From contig JBCCQY010000019.1 in NCBI GenBank assembly GCA_039208735.1, positions 17,310 through 81,309 on the forward strand: a DNA stretch of 64,000 nucleotides. Direction: 5' to 3'. Shown one piece after another: positions 37,426 to 46,943 of the stretch. This DNA is from Myxococcota bacterium. GTDB taxonomy: Bacteria; Myxococcota_A; UBA796; GCA-2862545. The notes under the pieces were generated by a model. That model was not told the origin of the DNA. It saw only the letters and a program-made list of their open reading frames with translations, and ran no database searches. Position numbers and translations under genes: made by a program. Every line of letters begins with the position of its first letter. The stretch's first letter is position 1.

Positions 37426-38355
37426 CTATTCAGTGGGTGCCACGAGTTCGGCCTGCACGCCCGTGATCACGAAGATCAACGTGTAGCCATCGGCCATGGC
37501 TGGATTGAAAGGGCAGTCCGTACCCAGAATTTCGGTGTCGTCCCCATCGACACAGCGATCGATCACACCGTCGTCATCGTCGTCGAAAAGGCGTTCAAGG
37601 CCATCACCATCGATGTCTTCGTCGGGCTGGAGGCCAAAGAAACCACAGCCTGTGGCCAAGACGTCAAGGAGCGAGCCACTGCCGCAGTTCTCACCGAGAG
37701 GATTCGGGGTCAACGCCAACAGGGACATGCCGAGGGCCCCCCGCAGGCGGCCGTCTTCGAGCGTGCGAACCGTACCATCCTGGACGGTGAGGTCTCCGGA
37801 GATGGTGAGATTCGACAACGGCAACGGAAACGCATCGCCGATGAGCTCGAGTGCGCCCAGGCCCGAAGCCTCGAGACGGCCGTTCGTAAGCGACGCATCC
37901 ACAAAGTGGAGCACGGGCTCACCATCGACCTGTGCACCAGGTCCCAAACCGAAGGTCTCGGGACGCTCCGGGTCAAAGTTGTCGGTTGGGTCGTCGTCCT
38001 CATCGTCGAGCAGGTACAACCCGACGCTCGTGTCGTCGTCAGACTGAAACTCGGGATCGTCGACGGACCGGAACTCGAGGCCCAACAACAACGTGCCCGC
38101 ATCGATCTGTTCGGCCAACAGCGGGTTCACGACCGTTCCGAGCAACGAAAACGCATGGGCATCCTCGAGCAACCCCGCGATGCGGACGTCGTCGAGAACC
38201 ACTGCCGCTCCAACTTCCGGCTTGGGCTCGGGCTTCGGCTCTGGCTTTACGGTTGGGTCAGGCTCGTTCGCGGTCACGACATCGGACCGCAAACTCGCGT
38301 CGGTACCACCACAACCCAAACCCCAGAACAGGAACATTACGCTGCGCATCTGCAC
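37426..38355 (-). CDS. Acidic lipoprotein, hypothetical
   Basis: Lipobox GLGC, (EPKP)n linker, DxDxDG motifs. Confidence 0.75.
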   Translation of the reverse strand: MQMRSVMFLFWGLGCGGTDASLRSDVVTANEPDPTVKPEPKPEPKPEVGAAVVLDDVRIAGLLEDAHAFSLLGTVVNPLLAEQIDAGTLLLGLEFRSVDDPEFQSDDDTSVGLYLLDDEDDDPTDNFDPERPETFGLGPGAQVDGEPVLHFVDASLTNGRLEASGLGALELIGDAFPLPLSNLTISGDLTVQDGTVRTLEDGRLRGALGMSLLALTPNPLGENCGSGSLLDVLATGCGFFGLQPDEDIDGDGLERLFDDDDDGVIDRCVDGDDTEILGTDCPFNPAMADGYTLIFVITGVQAELVAPTE

Positions 38356-38436
38356 TCCAACTCACCCTCGCGCTTAACCCGGGGGCAAGCGCTTCTCGAA
38401 GTGAATGCAATGTACCTACCTTGCCCACACGCTCGA

Positions 38437-39111
38437 TTAGCGTTTGCGCTTCCTCGCGCCAAATTTGGCTCCGAAGGCGACATCACCAACGTAAATGAAC
38501 GGCTGGAAGAAGACCTCAGTGAGATGGGTGTAGGGATTGTAGTAGGTGCGCGCGAGTCGCGCGTGTTCATCCAGATCGAGGTGTCCGTCAATATTGCCAC
38601 CGCGATGTGCGTTCCACCCTCCACCCCCACGGATCTTGAAGAACAATCCAGGCCCAAACATGGCCTCATACCCTGCCAAAACCACAGGGGTGACGGTAAA
38701 CCCATTGCGTTGTTGGGCCTGCCGAGACGGGTCCAGATATTGCTGGCGCAGCCCCTGCAACGCCACTCCGGCATCGACGAACCCACTGCTCCGGTCGGGC
38801 TTGAAGTACCATCGACCGGTGTTCACGAGGGCGACATAGTTGTGGCTCAACAAGAAGTCACGGCCCTCAGTGTAAAAGCCATTGAGTTGACTGCCTTTGT
38901 CGATCTCCAAGAACACCTGTATCCAGAGGTGTTCACTCACTCGCACACCCGACTCAATGCCCCAAGCCGCCCAGTCGGGATGGGTGTTGAGCATCAACGA
39001 ACTGAGCTTGATCGGTTCAATGGACCAAACATAGTGGGGCCCGTCCTCATCGAGGGTAGCGCTCGGTTCGTCAGCCAAGGCCGAAGACAGGGCCAGGATT
39101 GGAATCAACAT
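38437..39111 (-). CDS. Secreted/outer-membrane beta-barrel-like protein (DUF3575-like)
   Basis: RBS GGAG, signal peptide, alternating aromatic beta strands (GRWYFKP..GFVDAG, LAGYE, FGAKF). Confidence 0.6.
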   Translation of the reverse strand: MLIPILALSSALADEPSATLDEDGPHYVWSIEPIKLSSLMLNTHPDWAAWGIESGVRVSEHLWIQVFLEIDKGSQLNGFYTEGRDFLLSHNYVALVNTGRWYFKPDRSSGFVDAGVALQGLRQQYLDPSRQAQQRNGFTVTPVVLAGYEAMFGPGLFFKIRGGGGWNAHRGGNIDGHLDLDEHARLARTYYNPYTHLTEVFFQPFIYVGDVAFGAKFGARKRKR

Positions 39112-39192
39112 GCGTTCTCCGTTGCGCGGTACGCTGTTTCCAGAACGCATCTGGCGAGCCCTGGCTCGACGGATCGCAAGGACGGTCAGATC

Positions 39193-40068
39193 ATGGAAGC
39201 CCTCGCTTGGCAGACGGTCGCACAAGTCCTCCAGCAGGTCCAGGGCAACCTCGACCACCCCTGGGACCTCGACCAGATGGCCACCGTGTCTGGATACGAG
39301 CGCCATCACCTCGCCCACCTCTTCAGCGAGATCGTAGGTGAACCGCCGACCCGCTACCTTCGGCGACTCCGGCTCGAGCGCGCCGCCTACGACCTGATGT
39401 CGGAGCTTCCCGTTGGGGACTCCGCCTATCGGGCCGGCTATGCATCGGGTGAGGCGTTTAGCCGAGCGTTCAAGCGCCAGTTTGGCATCGCCCCCGCCTC
39501 CTTTCGAAAGCACGCCCTCGCGAACTTGAACGAAGCCACCGCTCCGGTGGTGCGAAGGATCTGTGCATCCGATGCCTTTCCCGAGGGCCTAAGCAGCACA
39601 CCACGCATCGAAGCCGTCGGCCCATGGCAAGGCTGGACGGTCGTGGTGGACTCGTTCGAACTCGGCGATGTTGCGCAAGGCATGGGCCACCTCATGCAAC
39701 GCTGCCCCCCCGATGGACCTTGGCAACTGGGCGGACTAGCGCAGCCTTGGGGATGGCTCGCGAGCGAGACGTCTCGCGAAGCGCGCGAGCTGCGATGCCT
39801 TCGCCTCACGGACGCCATCGAACGAACCCTTCCCCCTCCACTGGTCCGGTGGTCGTGGCCACGGGACTGGTTTGCGGTGTTCGACTACCAAGGCCCGTTG
39901 GACGGCATCTCCGGAGTTTGCCAGTGGATGGCCGCGGCCTGGCCCGAGCGTGTCGGATTGCGGCTGGGCTACGGGCCACTCATCAGCCGCCTGGAAGGAC
40001 TGTCGGACCCTACCCAACCCGTTTCGGCAAAACTCTATCTCGTGGTGCGCCCGCTAAGCATGGCATGA
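39193..40068 (+). CDS. AraC family regulator with GyrI-like effector domain
   Basis: YLRRLRLERAA, AYRAGYASGEAFSRAFKRQFGIAPASFR. Confidence 0.9.
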   Translation: MEALAWQTVAQVLQQVQGNLDHPWDLDQMATVSGYERHHLAHLFSEIVGEPPTRYLRRLRLERAAYDLMSELPVGDSAYRAGYASGEAFSRAFKRQFGIAPASFRKHALANLNEATAPVVRRICASDAFPEGLSSTPRIEAVGPWQGWTVVVDSFELGDVAQGMGHLMQRCPPDGPWQLGGLAQPWGWLASETSREARELRCLRLTDAIERTLPPPLVRWSWPRDWFAVFDYQGPLDGISGVCQWMAAAWPERVGLRLGYGPLISRLEGLSDPTQPVSAKLYLVVRPLSMA

Positions 40069-40075
40069 GCGCACC

Positions 40076-40107
40076 CGAAATGGGATTCTAGTATCAGAAT
40101 CATTTCG
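40076..40107. terminator. AT-rich hairpin after the AraC gene; possible terminator
   Basis: CGAAAT(GG)GATTCT-AGTATC-AGAATC-ATTTCG, between convergent genes. Confidence 0.3.
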
Positions 40108-40290
40108 CTCTTACCTCAACTATATCCTGCATTCCCTCATCCGGTATCGTCACTGTCAGCAGCCGCCGACAGGGGACCTCTCGAGCGACATCAGCAGTTT
40201 AAACATGGCGTTTAGACCGATCACGAACCAAGACCGGGATTTGGCCATCCACATTCGAGCTATTCGTGCCTCTGGCCCCATGGATGGACG

Positions 40291-41046
40291 TCACTCCATG
40301 AACCCGTGCGTGCCTTGTTCCAGCCACTCACGAGCGGCCCGCTTCAGGGCAAGCATGGCCGAGCGGTAGAACCAGCCACCGACCGAAATGCGTGCGACCC
40401 CAGCCTCTGCGAGTTCAGCGACCGTTGGGCCCTCTGGGCTTGCGAGGACGTTCACGGGCACATCCACGGAACGAATCAGCTCACGAATGGTGTTCAATTC
40501 GGTGAGCCCGGGTGCGTACACCACGTCGGCGCCGAGTTCCGCATAGGCTTGCAAGCGTTCGATGGTCGGGCCCAAATCGGTGTGCCCGTGAAGGTGACGC
40601 TCGCAGCGCGCGGTGACCACAAGCGATGAACCGGCCGCTTCGACCGCAGCTTCGACACGGGCCTTCGCTACGTCAAAGGGAAAGATCGGCGAGGCCATAT
40701 CGCGGGTGAAGTCCTCGATCGAAGCCCCCGCAAGGTCAGATTTCGCGGCCGCAGCAAATGTCTGGGCCACCGCTTCGGGGGTCTCTCCAAACCCGTCCTC
40801 AAGGTCTGCGTTCACCGGCAGCAACGACGCTTGGGCGAGGTCGAACGCGTGCTCGAGCGCTTGGTCGCGAGACAGCTGGCCATCTCGCAGGCCGAGACTC
40901 GACGCGTAGCCGGAACTCGTGGTCGCCAGGGCTCCAAAACCGAGCCGAGCGAGCATTCGCGCGCTTCCGCGGTCCCAGACATTGGCAAGGAGAAGGGGCC
41001 CGTCACCGTGGTGCAGGTCGCGAAAAACATCTGTGCGGGTCGGCAT
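40291..41046 (-). CDS. Isocitrate lyase/PEP mutase family protein
   Basis: NVWDRGSAR, ATTSSG, PVNADLEDGFG, SIED, GADVVYAPG. Confidence 0.93.
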   Translation of the reverse strand: MPTRTDVFRDLHHGDGPLLLANVWDRGSARMLARLGFGALATTSSGYASSLGLRDGQLSRDQALEHAFDLAQASLLPVNADLEDGFGETPEAVAQTFAAAAKSDLAGASIEDFTRDMASPIFPFDVAKARVEAAVEAAGSSLVVTARCERHLHGHTDLGPTIERLQAYAELGADVVYAPGLTELNTIRELIRSVDVPVNVLASPEGPTVAELAEAGVARISVGGWFYRSAMLALKRAAREWLEQGTHGFME

Positions 41047-41064
41047 GATTCACCAAAAGCTTGC

Positions 41065-42006
41065 TCACGAAGTAGCATGCGACCCTTCCGTGCCGTCGAG
41101 TCGAGATCGGAAACGCGTCACCGCATCGACCAAGAACTGCCGCACGACGGCAAGCCGCGTGGTGTGACGCAGATCGGGATGGACGAGCACCCAAAGATCC
41201 CATCTGGGCCACGTCGCCACCCCAGGGATGCGGACCAAGTCGGGATCGGGGTCTCCCATGAGGCACGGAAGCACCGCCAACCCCAACCCCGCACGGGCCG
41301 CGGCGATTTGCAGCGCAGCCCCTTCCAAGGCGTGCCGAGTCCGCAGACGGGGGAAGGGGGAAGCCCTGACCCAGGAGGGCAACTCGGGATGGTCGTCGCC
41401 CACCCAGCCCGTCCAAGTGGTGTGCTCGCCGGGTTGTCGAGGGTCGTGGTCGGCGAGCCACCGGCGCGAAGCGTAGACTCCCTGGTGCACCACCGCCACC
41501 CGGCGTCCCACCAGCTCTTCTCGGGGTGACGTTCCCACCGCCCGAAGCCTCACTGCAAGGTCGGCCTGGCGGCCGCCGAGATCCACGAGGTCGTAGGTGG
41601 ACGAAAGTTCAAGATCCAACGCAGGATAGCGACGAGCAAAGTCCACGAAATCGGGCATCAACAGGTGAGTGACGAGTAAATCTGGCGCGCTGATCCGGAT
41701 TCGACCACTCAATCGTTGATCATGGCCCAATACGGTTCGTTCAAGCCCCGTGACTTCACGCTGCACCACGCGAGCCGCATCAATGACCAGTTGGCCCACG
41801 GCATTGGGGATCCACCGCCCCCCTTCTCGCTCAAAGACCCTGGCTCCCAGCCGTTCCTGAAGGGTGCTGAGTCGACGAGCGACCGTAGTGTGCGAAAGCC
41901 CGAGGTGACCCGCCGCCGCTCGGAGGGTGCCGGCCTCAGCAATCGCCACCACCACGCGAAGGTCGTTGAGGTCGAGGTCATCAAACAGTCGTGGGTCTTG
42001 GTGCAT
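41065..42006 (-). CDS. LysR family regulator
   Basis: GTLRAAAGHLGLSHTTVARRLSTLQERLG; substrate-binding domain follows. Confidence 0.93.
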   Translation of the reverse strand: MHQDPRLFDDLDLNDLRVVVAIAEAGTLRAAAGHLGLSHTTVARRLSTLQERLGARVFEREGGRWIPNAVGQLVIDAARVVQREVTGLERTVLGHDQRLSGRIRISAPDLLVTHLLMPDFVDFARRYPALDLELSSTYDLVDLGGRQADLAVRLRAVGTSPREELVGRRVAVVHQGVYASRRWLADHDPRQPGEHTTWTGWVGDDHPELPSWVRASPFPRLRTRHALEGAALQIAAARAGLGLAVLPCLMGDPDPDLVRIPGVATWPRWDLWVLVHPDLRHTTRLAVVRQFLVDAVTRFRSRLDGTEGSHATS

Positions 42007-42087
42007 GTGTAGACCACCATGGCACGAAACTGGGCATCGTGGCACGGATTCGTGCCAGGTACAGCACCCACACCAACGGAGGTTGTG

Positions 42088-42792
42088 ATGGTTCTGGTTT
42101 CAAGCTGGCTGCTCGGGTGCACGGCCGCGGCCGAAGACGTTCGCCTGACGTTCGACGATGCGAAAATGTACGAAGTGGCGATGTTCACGGTCAAGGCAGG
42201 AGAGGCCGACGCCCTCGCCGAGAAGTACTTTGCCAAGGTCATTCCGGTGGCCCAGGAATACGGAATGCGTCCGCTCGCCTCCTTCGACGTGACACATCAG
42301 GAGCACGGACAGCCCCACGCGGCCACTTGGGCGTTCTTCGAGTGGCCGAGTGTCGAAGCGAAAACCAAGTTCGAGGCTGATAAGCGCTATCAGAGGCTCA
42401 AGCCACAGCGCGACCGCCGGCTCGACACCCTGAAGCTCGTCTACACCCAGGTGGCCGAGGACACCTCGGTGACGCTGCGCTCCGATCGCCTCTACGAGTT
42501 CTTCGCAGGCTGGATCAACGCCCACAATGGGTCCCACTTGCCGCAATACTTCGCCTCGGCGGGTCCGTTCATCGGGTCCCGCGGGGTGAAGTTCATCGGG
42601 GACTTCAAGGTCGTCGGGTCTTCGGATCCCGAGTTTCTTCCTTCCACGGTGGGCTTTATCGAGTGGCCCGACCGCAGCGTCAAAGAGGCCTGGTTTGCAT
42701 CAGAGGAGTTCGAACAGAACGGATGGCATCGCGCTCTGGCCATCGACCGTTTGGTCGTCCTCGAAGGTAAGGTACGGCAGCCCGGCCGTTAG
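42088..42792 (+). CDS. Lipoprotein with two DUF1330-like ferredoxin-fold repeats
   Basis: RBS GGAGG, lipobox LLGC, duplicated FxEWP..F...Y/F motif. Confidence 0.7.
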   Translation: MVLVSSWLLGCTAAAEDVRLTFDDAKMYEVAMFTVKAGEADALAEKYFAKVIPVAQEYGMRPLASFDVTHQEHGQPHAATWAFFEWPSVEAKTKFEADKRYQRLKPQRDRRLDTLKLVYTQVAEDTSVTLRSDRLYEFFAGWINAHNGSHLPQYFASAGPFIGSRGVKFIGDFKVVGSSDPEFLPSTVGFIEWPDRSVKEAWFASEEFEQNGWHRALAIDRLVVLEGKVRQPGR

Positions 42793-43529
42793 CATCGCTG
42801 TTCGAGCCAGACGGCCAGCAGGTCGACCATGGCGTCCAGTTGGCTCGCCGCCACGGGGTCGTGGACGTGCACCCGCACCCGCTCGATCGCCATGCGCCAG
42901 CCGACCAATTCAAGTTTCAGGGGCCATAACCCCGAGGTTTCAGCCTCGAGCACGCCTTCAGCATCGCGGATTCGATCGAGCGTCGGCGTCGAGTAGGAGG
43001 CCACGGCCTCGGGAATGTGATCGAGCAATGCGCGAGTGGCCGCGATCGAATCACCCTCCATGAGTTCTGCGCGGCTCACGATCTCAGGTCGCCCAAGCAA
43101 ATGGTCCACGAACGACGGCGCGGTGAGGTCTGGGCCACCAACCAGTTCCACGACCCCAACGTGGTGGCGAAGCCCCGCCTGGATCCGACGCCACTCCTCC
43201 CGCACCCCCCACGTGAGTGCATCTGCTTCGATGCGATCCGCAGCCGCCGAGAGCACGATGGGAATCTGGAAGGCCGCCCGATTGTAGGGGCAGTTCCCTT
43301 GCAAGACCTGTGCGGCCTGTTGAATGGAGGTGCGCGCCTTGGGGCTCAGCGCCCGGATCCGGTCCGCGATGCGGATCACGCTTTCCGTCGTGCCCTTTGC
43401 TCCATCGAGGACTTGCTCCCGGTTCTCGTCTGACCAAACGTCGACCTTAGCGGGAGCAGGGGTGACAGGGCGCGCCACCGACGGGCTGCATGCCGCCGAC
43501 AAAAGGACCAAGAGGATCGAACGATTCAC
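42789..43529 (-). CDS. Hypothetical lipoprotein
   Basis: RBS GGAGG, GTG start, lipobox SAAC. Confidence 0.7.
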   Translation of the reverse strand: MNRSILLVLLSAACSPSVARPVTPAPAKVDVWSDENREQVLDGAKGTTESVIRIADRIRALSPKARTSIQQAAQVLQGNCPYNRAAFQIPIVLSAAADRIEADALTWGVREEWRRIQAGLRHHVGVVELVGGPDLTAPSFVDHLLGRPEIVSRAELMEGDSIAATRALLDHIPEAVASYSTPTLDRIRDAEGVLEAETSGLWPLKLELVGWRMAIERVRVHVHDPVAASQLDAMVDLLAVWLEQRC

Positions 43530-44391
43530 GGGACACCTCCCAAGGGAACTGGGGATTCGCAGGTAGACAAGCAACGATCTCAGGGGCGGGACGAACGGGA
43601 ACCCAGGCCAGCGCGAGCCAAGCCAGGACACCCAACGCGACCCACCCCCGCCGATCGGGGCGGCGAGACCTCGCCAGGAGGGTCTCGATCCGCGTCGACA
43701 ATTCACTGGCGGCCGACAGCCCTGTGAGGGGTGCGGTTCGCGAGCGTGCGACCGCCACAAGCGCCCTGGCGTAGGCGGTCTTACTGAGCGAGGTCTCGCG
43801 GAGAGCGCGTGCGTCGGCGGCCAGTTCAGCCTCACGCTGCTGGCGACGGCGGGCCCACCATACCATTGGATGGGGCCAGCAAATCACGCAGCACAGGGTG
43901 ACGAGCAGGTGGATGAACCAGTCCCCCCTCACAATGTGAGCATTCTCGTGGGCCAGAACAGCGTCTCGCGTCGCAGGGGTCCATCGTTCGCTCGAAGCGG
44001 GGAGGAGCACCACCGGTCGAAAGGCCCCCCAGGTGTAGGGACCCCGTTCGCGCGGCGACACCCACACCCGATCGCCAAGCCGACGTGCGGCACGAACCTG
44101 CAGGTGTAAGGCGAATAGCCCACCCGCAAGGCCAATGAGCCCCACCCCGACGCCGACCGCCCACATCGCCACGAGGCCAGCGCCGAGATCGAGATCCACC
44201 CAACTCCCACGCCACCAAGCCAAGCTCGGCCACACCGGCAGCAGAAGAAGGGTGGCCGTCCACAAGCGATGGCGTGCGCGCGGGGTGGCCAAGCCCTGGC
44301 TGATCACCGTGGCCAGACCAAGGCTTACGGTGGCACGGACTGCTCCGTCGAGCAGGGCGCCTGCAAGCAGGGTTTCGTGCCCGGCGCTCAT
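43447..44391 (-). CDS. BlaR1/M56 family membrane metallopeptidase (short, no sensor domain)
   Basis: GPYTWGAFRPVVLLP, HENAHIVRGD, WPHPMVW, ELAAD. Confidence 0.9.
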   Translation of the reverse strand: MSAGHETLLAGALLDGAVRATVSLGLATVISQGLATPRARHRLWTATLLLLPVWPSLAWWRGSWVDLDLGAGLVAMWAVGVGVGLIGLAGGLFALHLQVRAARRLGDRVWVSPRERGPYTWGAFRPVVLLPASSERWTPATRDAVLAHENAHIVRGDWFIHLLVTLCCVICWPHPMVWWARRRQQREAELAADARALRETSLSKTAYARALVAVARSRTAPLTGLSAASELSTRIETLLARSRRPDRRGWVALGVLAWLALAWVPVRPAPEIVACLPANPQFPWEVSRESFDPLGPFVGGMQPVGGAPCHPCSR

Positions 44392-44774
44392 GGGGCCTCC
44401 TCATCCGCCTCGGCTTCGCGAATCTTTGTCTCGAGCCTGGCGAGTTCATCTTCATCGAGGCGGCCTTCCAGGCGGAGCAACGCCAACGCCGCCTCAACGG
44501 CCGCTCCATCAAAGAACGCATCGACGACCCTCCGGAGCGCCGAACGACCTGCCGCATCGGCCGACACCGCAGGCCGGTACACGTAGCGCCGGCCTTCCTG
44601 CTCATGAACCACCGCGTTCTTGCGAACAAGGGTCGTCAGCAATGCGCGGACCGCGCTGTAGCTTGGAGGGTCGCCCATCGCAGACCGCACCTCAGCCGCA
44701 GTCGCCTTGCCCAGCCGGTACAGAATGTCCATCGCTTCACGCTCGCGTCGCGAAAATGGATCCGGTTCAGCCAA
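44388..44774 (-). CDS. BlaI/MecI/CopY family repressor
   Basis: SRREREAMDILY, SYSAVRALLTTLVRK, RYVYRP, FFDG. RBS AAGGAG before TTG. Confidence 0.92.
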   Translation of the reverse strand: MAEPDPFSRREREAMDILYRLGKATAAEVRSAMGDPPSYSAVRALLTTLVRKNAVVHEQEGRRYVYRPAVSADAAGRSALRRVVDAFFDGAAVEAALALLRLEGRLDEDELARLETKIREAEADEEAP

Positions 44775-44786
44775 TGCAAGATCTCC

Positions 44787-44840
44787 TTGTGCTGTTTTTC
44801 TAGCACAAAGATGGAATCGATGTGCTGTTTTTTCAGCACA
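44787..44840. promoter_or_regulatory. Two tandem palindromes TGTGCT-N8-AGCACA; probable BlaI-family operators
   Basis: 44787-44808 TTGTGCT-GTTTTTCT-AGCACAA and 44821-44840 TGTGCTG-TTTTTT-CAGCACA, 33 bp apart, abutting the blaI-like RBS. Confidence 0.8.
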
Positions 44841-44952
44841 AGTGCGATCGTCAACAAGGGCTCGCATTGCGTGACTTTGGGCGGATATGACGAACACTCG
44901 CGCGACCGGCTAAACGGCCTTTCGGCCCGGGCGAGCGGACGCCTTGGGTACG

Positions 44953-45648
44953 ATGGAGCACGCTGTGTTGGTTTCCCTTTTTTGGATGGTGCTCGGAGGA
45001 TTCGCATGGGCGCAGGCGCCTGACATCTCTTCTGAGCAACTCGCCGAGGGGCGGAAGCTGCATCGATTGGCCGCCGAACTCTACGAGTCGGGCCGTTACG
45101 CCGAAGCGTTGGCCGCGTTCGAAGAGACCTACGCGCTCACCGGGCTCCCCGCCATCCTCTTCAACATGGCCAACACCCAGGAGCGGCTTGGCGACCTCGA
45201 AGGCGCGGTCAACAGTCTCCTGCGCTACCTGCCCGATGCGCCGTCGAACAAAGTCGAGACCATCGAACGCCGTGTCACCTCGCTTCGGGAGCGCCTCGAG
45301 ACCCCGAGCTTACCGATGCCGCCCGAAGAGCCGGTCCCCCTCGTTGCTCCCCTGTCGCCCAGCGAAGTTCAGACCCGCTTGCGTCCGCGGTGGGGACTCG
45401 TTGCTGTGGGCAGTGCACTTGCCGCAGGATTTGGAACCGTCGCGGCCATTTCCTACCTCGACGGGCTCGACAACCGCGATCAGGGCAACGCCGAGGCATA
45501 CCGGCAGACCCTAGTGCTGAACAACGTCGCGCTTACCGCAGCCGGCGTCGGTGGGGGTCTGGTCGCCATCGGCTTCGTAGCTCCGCGCAAGTACGAGGTC
45601 CTCGTTTCGGCTTCGCCTACCGGCGCAGCTGTGTCCTTTCGCTGGTAG
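44953..45648 (+). CDS. Secreted/membrane TPR protein, paralog of 10228..11013
   Basis: YESGRYAEALAAFEETYALTGLPAILFNMANTQERL; C-terminal hydrophobic segments; ends SFRW. Confidence 0.85.
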   Translation: MEHAVLVSLFWMVLGGFAWAQAPDISSEQLAEGRKLHRLAAELYESGRYAEALAAFEETYALTGLPAILFNMANTQERLGDLEGAVNSLLRYLPDAPSNKVETIERRVTSLRERLETPSLPMPPEEPVPLVAPLSPSEVQTRLRPRWGLVAVGSALAAGFGTVAAISYLDGLDNRDQGNAEAYRQTLVLNNVALTAAGVGGGLVAIGFVAPRKYEVLVSASPTGAAVSFRW

Positions 45649-45656
45649 GAGTCGCC

Positions 45657-46910
45657 GTGTTTGGTCTTTCGATTCTGTTCCTTGGCGGATGCCTCCTTCC
45701 CTACGACTTCTCCGAGCTGCCTTCTGCCTCTCCCACCACAGCGTGTGTGGAAGGCACGCCAGAATGCCCCTGTGACGACGGCATCGACAACGACGAAAAC
45801 GGCCAGGCCGATTGTCTCGACGCGGGTTGTGCAACTGCGGTCGTTTGCCAGCCCGAAGATTGCGAAGACGGCATCGACAACAACGGGGATGGGGCTACCG
45901 ATTGCGATGACCTGGCCTGCCTTTACGAGGACGTCTGCCAGGCAGAGATTTGCGATGACGGCGTCGACAACAACCAGAACGGGCAGATCGACTGCCTCGA
46001 CGTCGAAGATTGCGCGCTCCATCCCAACTGTTGCTTGCAGGGAACCCTGACCGACACCGCCGCCATGATCGTCGATGAAGGATTGAACGCGAACGAACCT
46101 ACGTGCGGCGACCTCCTGGGTCCCGACGTGAGCTACGCGTTTACTCCCTCCAAGAGTTCCACCTACATCTTTGAAACGCTCGGTAGCACCTTCGACACGG
46201 TGCTTTCGATTCGCGAGGGCTGTGGAGGGGCCGAACTTGCGTGTGACGACAACACGTTCGGTGCGCAATCCCAAATCACCATCGCGCTACAGGCGGGCGT
46301 CACCTACGCCGTTTACGTGGATGCGAAGTCCAACACCACGTTTCTGGGCGGCAGCGGGGTCACGCTCACGGTGCGCGAGGCCGAAACGACCGAATCTGAC
46401 TGTCACGACGACATCGACAATGACGGGAATGGTGTCGCGGACTGCTTCGACCCGGAGTGTTCGACGCTTCCAGACTGCGTTGAACTGTGCGACGACGGTC
46501 TCGACAACACGAACGACGGGTTGATCGACTGCCTCGATCCCCTGTGTGCAACCGACGCCGTTTGCTGCCCCACGAACACCACAAGCGGCGTAGGCACTTA
46601 CAACACCGCGACCTATGGGCTTAACAACTTCTACGCGGCAAGCTGTAGTATTACCGAATCGCCCGAAGCCACGTTCGCGTTCACCGCCCCCCAGACCGGA
46701 ATCTACGTCATCGACACCTTTGGTTCGACCTTTGATACCGTGTTGTCGGTGTATGACGGATGTGGAGGCCTCGAAATCGACTGCAATGATGATGCAGCGA
46801 GTTCCCTCCTTTCTGAACTCACCATCGCCTTGATGGAAGATGAATCCGTTCTCATCGTGGTCGAAGGGTATGAGGACCAGACGGGTGTCGTGACCCTCAA
46901 CATTGAGTGA
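45657..46910 (+). CDS. Cys/Asp-rich repeat lipoprotein with two PPC-like domains
   Basis: Lipobox LGGC. Five CxDxxDNxxxGxxDCxD repeats. Two GSTFDTVLS..CGGxE..C.DD domains. Confidence 0.85.
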   Translation: MFGLSILFLGGCLLPYDFSELPSASPTTACVEGTPECPCDDGIDNDENGQADCLDAGCATAVVCQPEDCEDGIDNNGDGATDCDDLACLYEDVCQAEICDDGVDNNQNGQIDCLDVEDCALHPNCCLQGTLTDTAAMIVDEGLNANEPTCGDLLGPDVSYAFTPSKSSTYIFETLGSTFDTVLSIREGCGGAELACDDNTFGAQSQITIALQAGVTYAVYVDAKSNTTFLGGSGVTLTVREAETTESDCHDDIDNDGNGVADCFDPECSTLPDCVELCDDGLDNTNDGLIDCLDPLCATDAVCCPTNTTSGVGTYNTATYGLNNFYAASCSITESPEATFAFTAPQTGIYVIDTFGSTFDTVLSVYDGCGGLEIDCNDDAASSLLSELTIALMEDESVLIVVEGYEDQTGVVTLNIE

Positions 46911-46943
46911 CGGGCTCGAAGCTCCGTCAGGTTAGAGCGCCTC

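Noticed and set aside
38215..38250. Tandem DNA repeat
   Set aside because: It is just the coding (EPKP)n linker with synonymous variation.
37906..39192. 720-aa AraC fusion ORF
   Set aside because: The N-terminal 429 codons are the antisense shadow of two minus-strand genes; AraC starts at 39193.
45770..46560. Repeated GACGACGGCATCGACAAC-like units as a CRISPR or DNA repeat array
   Set aside because: They are in-frame Cys/Asp protein repeats with irregular spacing, and no cas genes are present.
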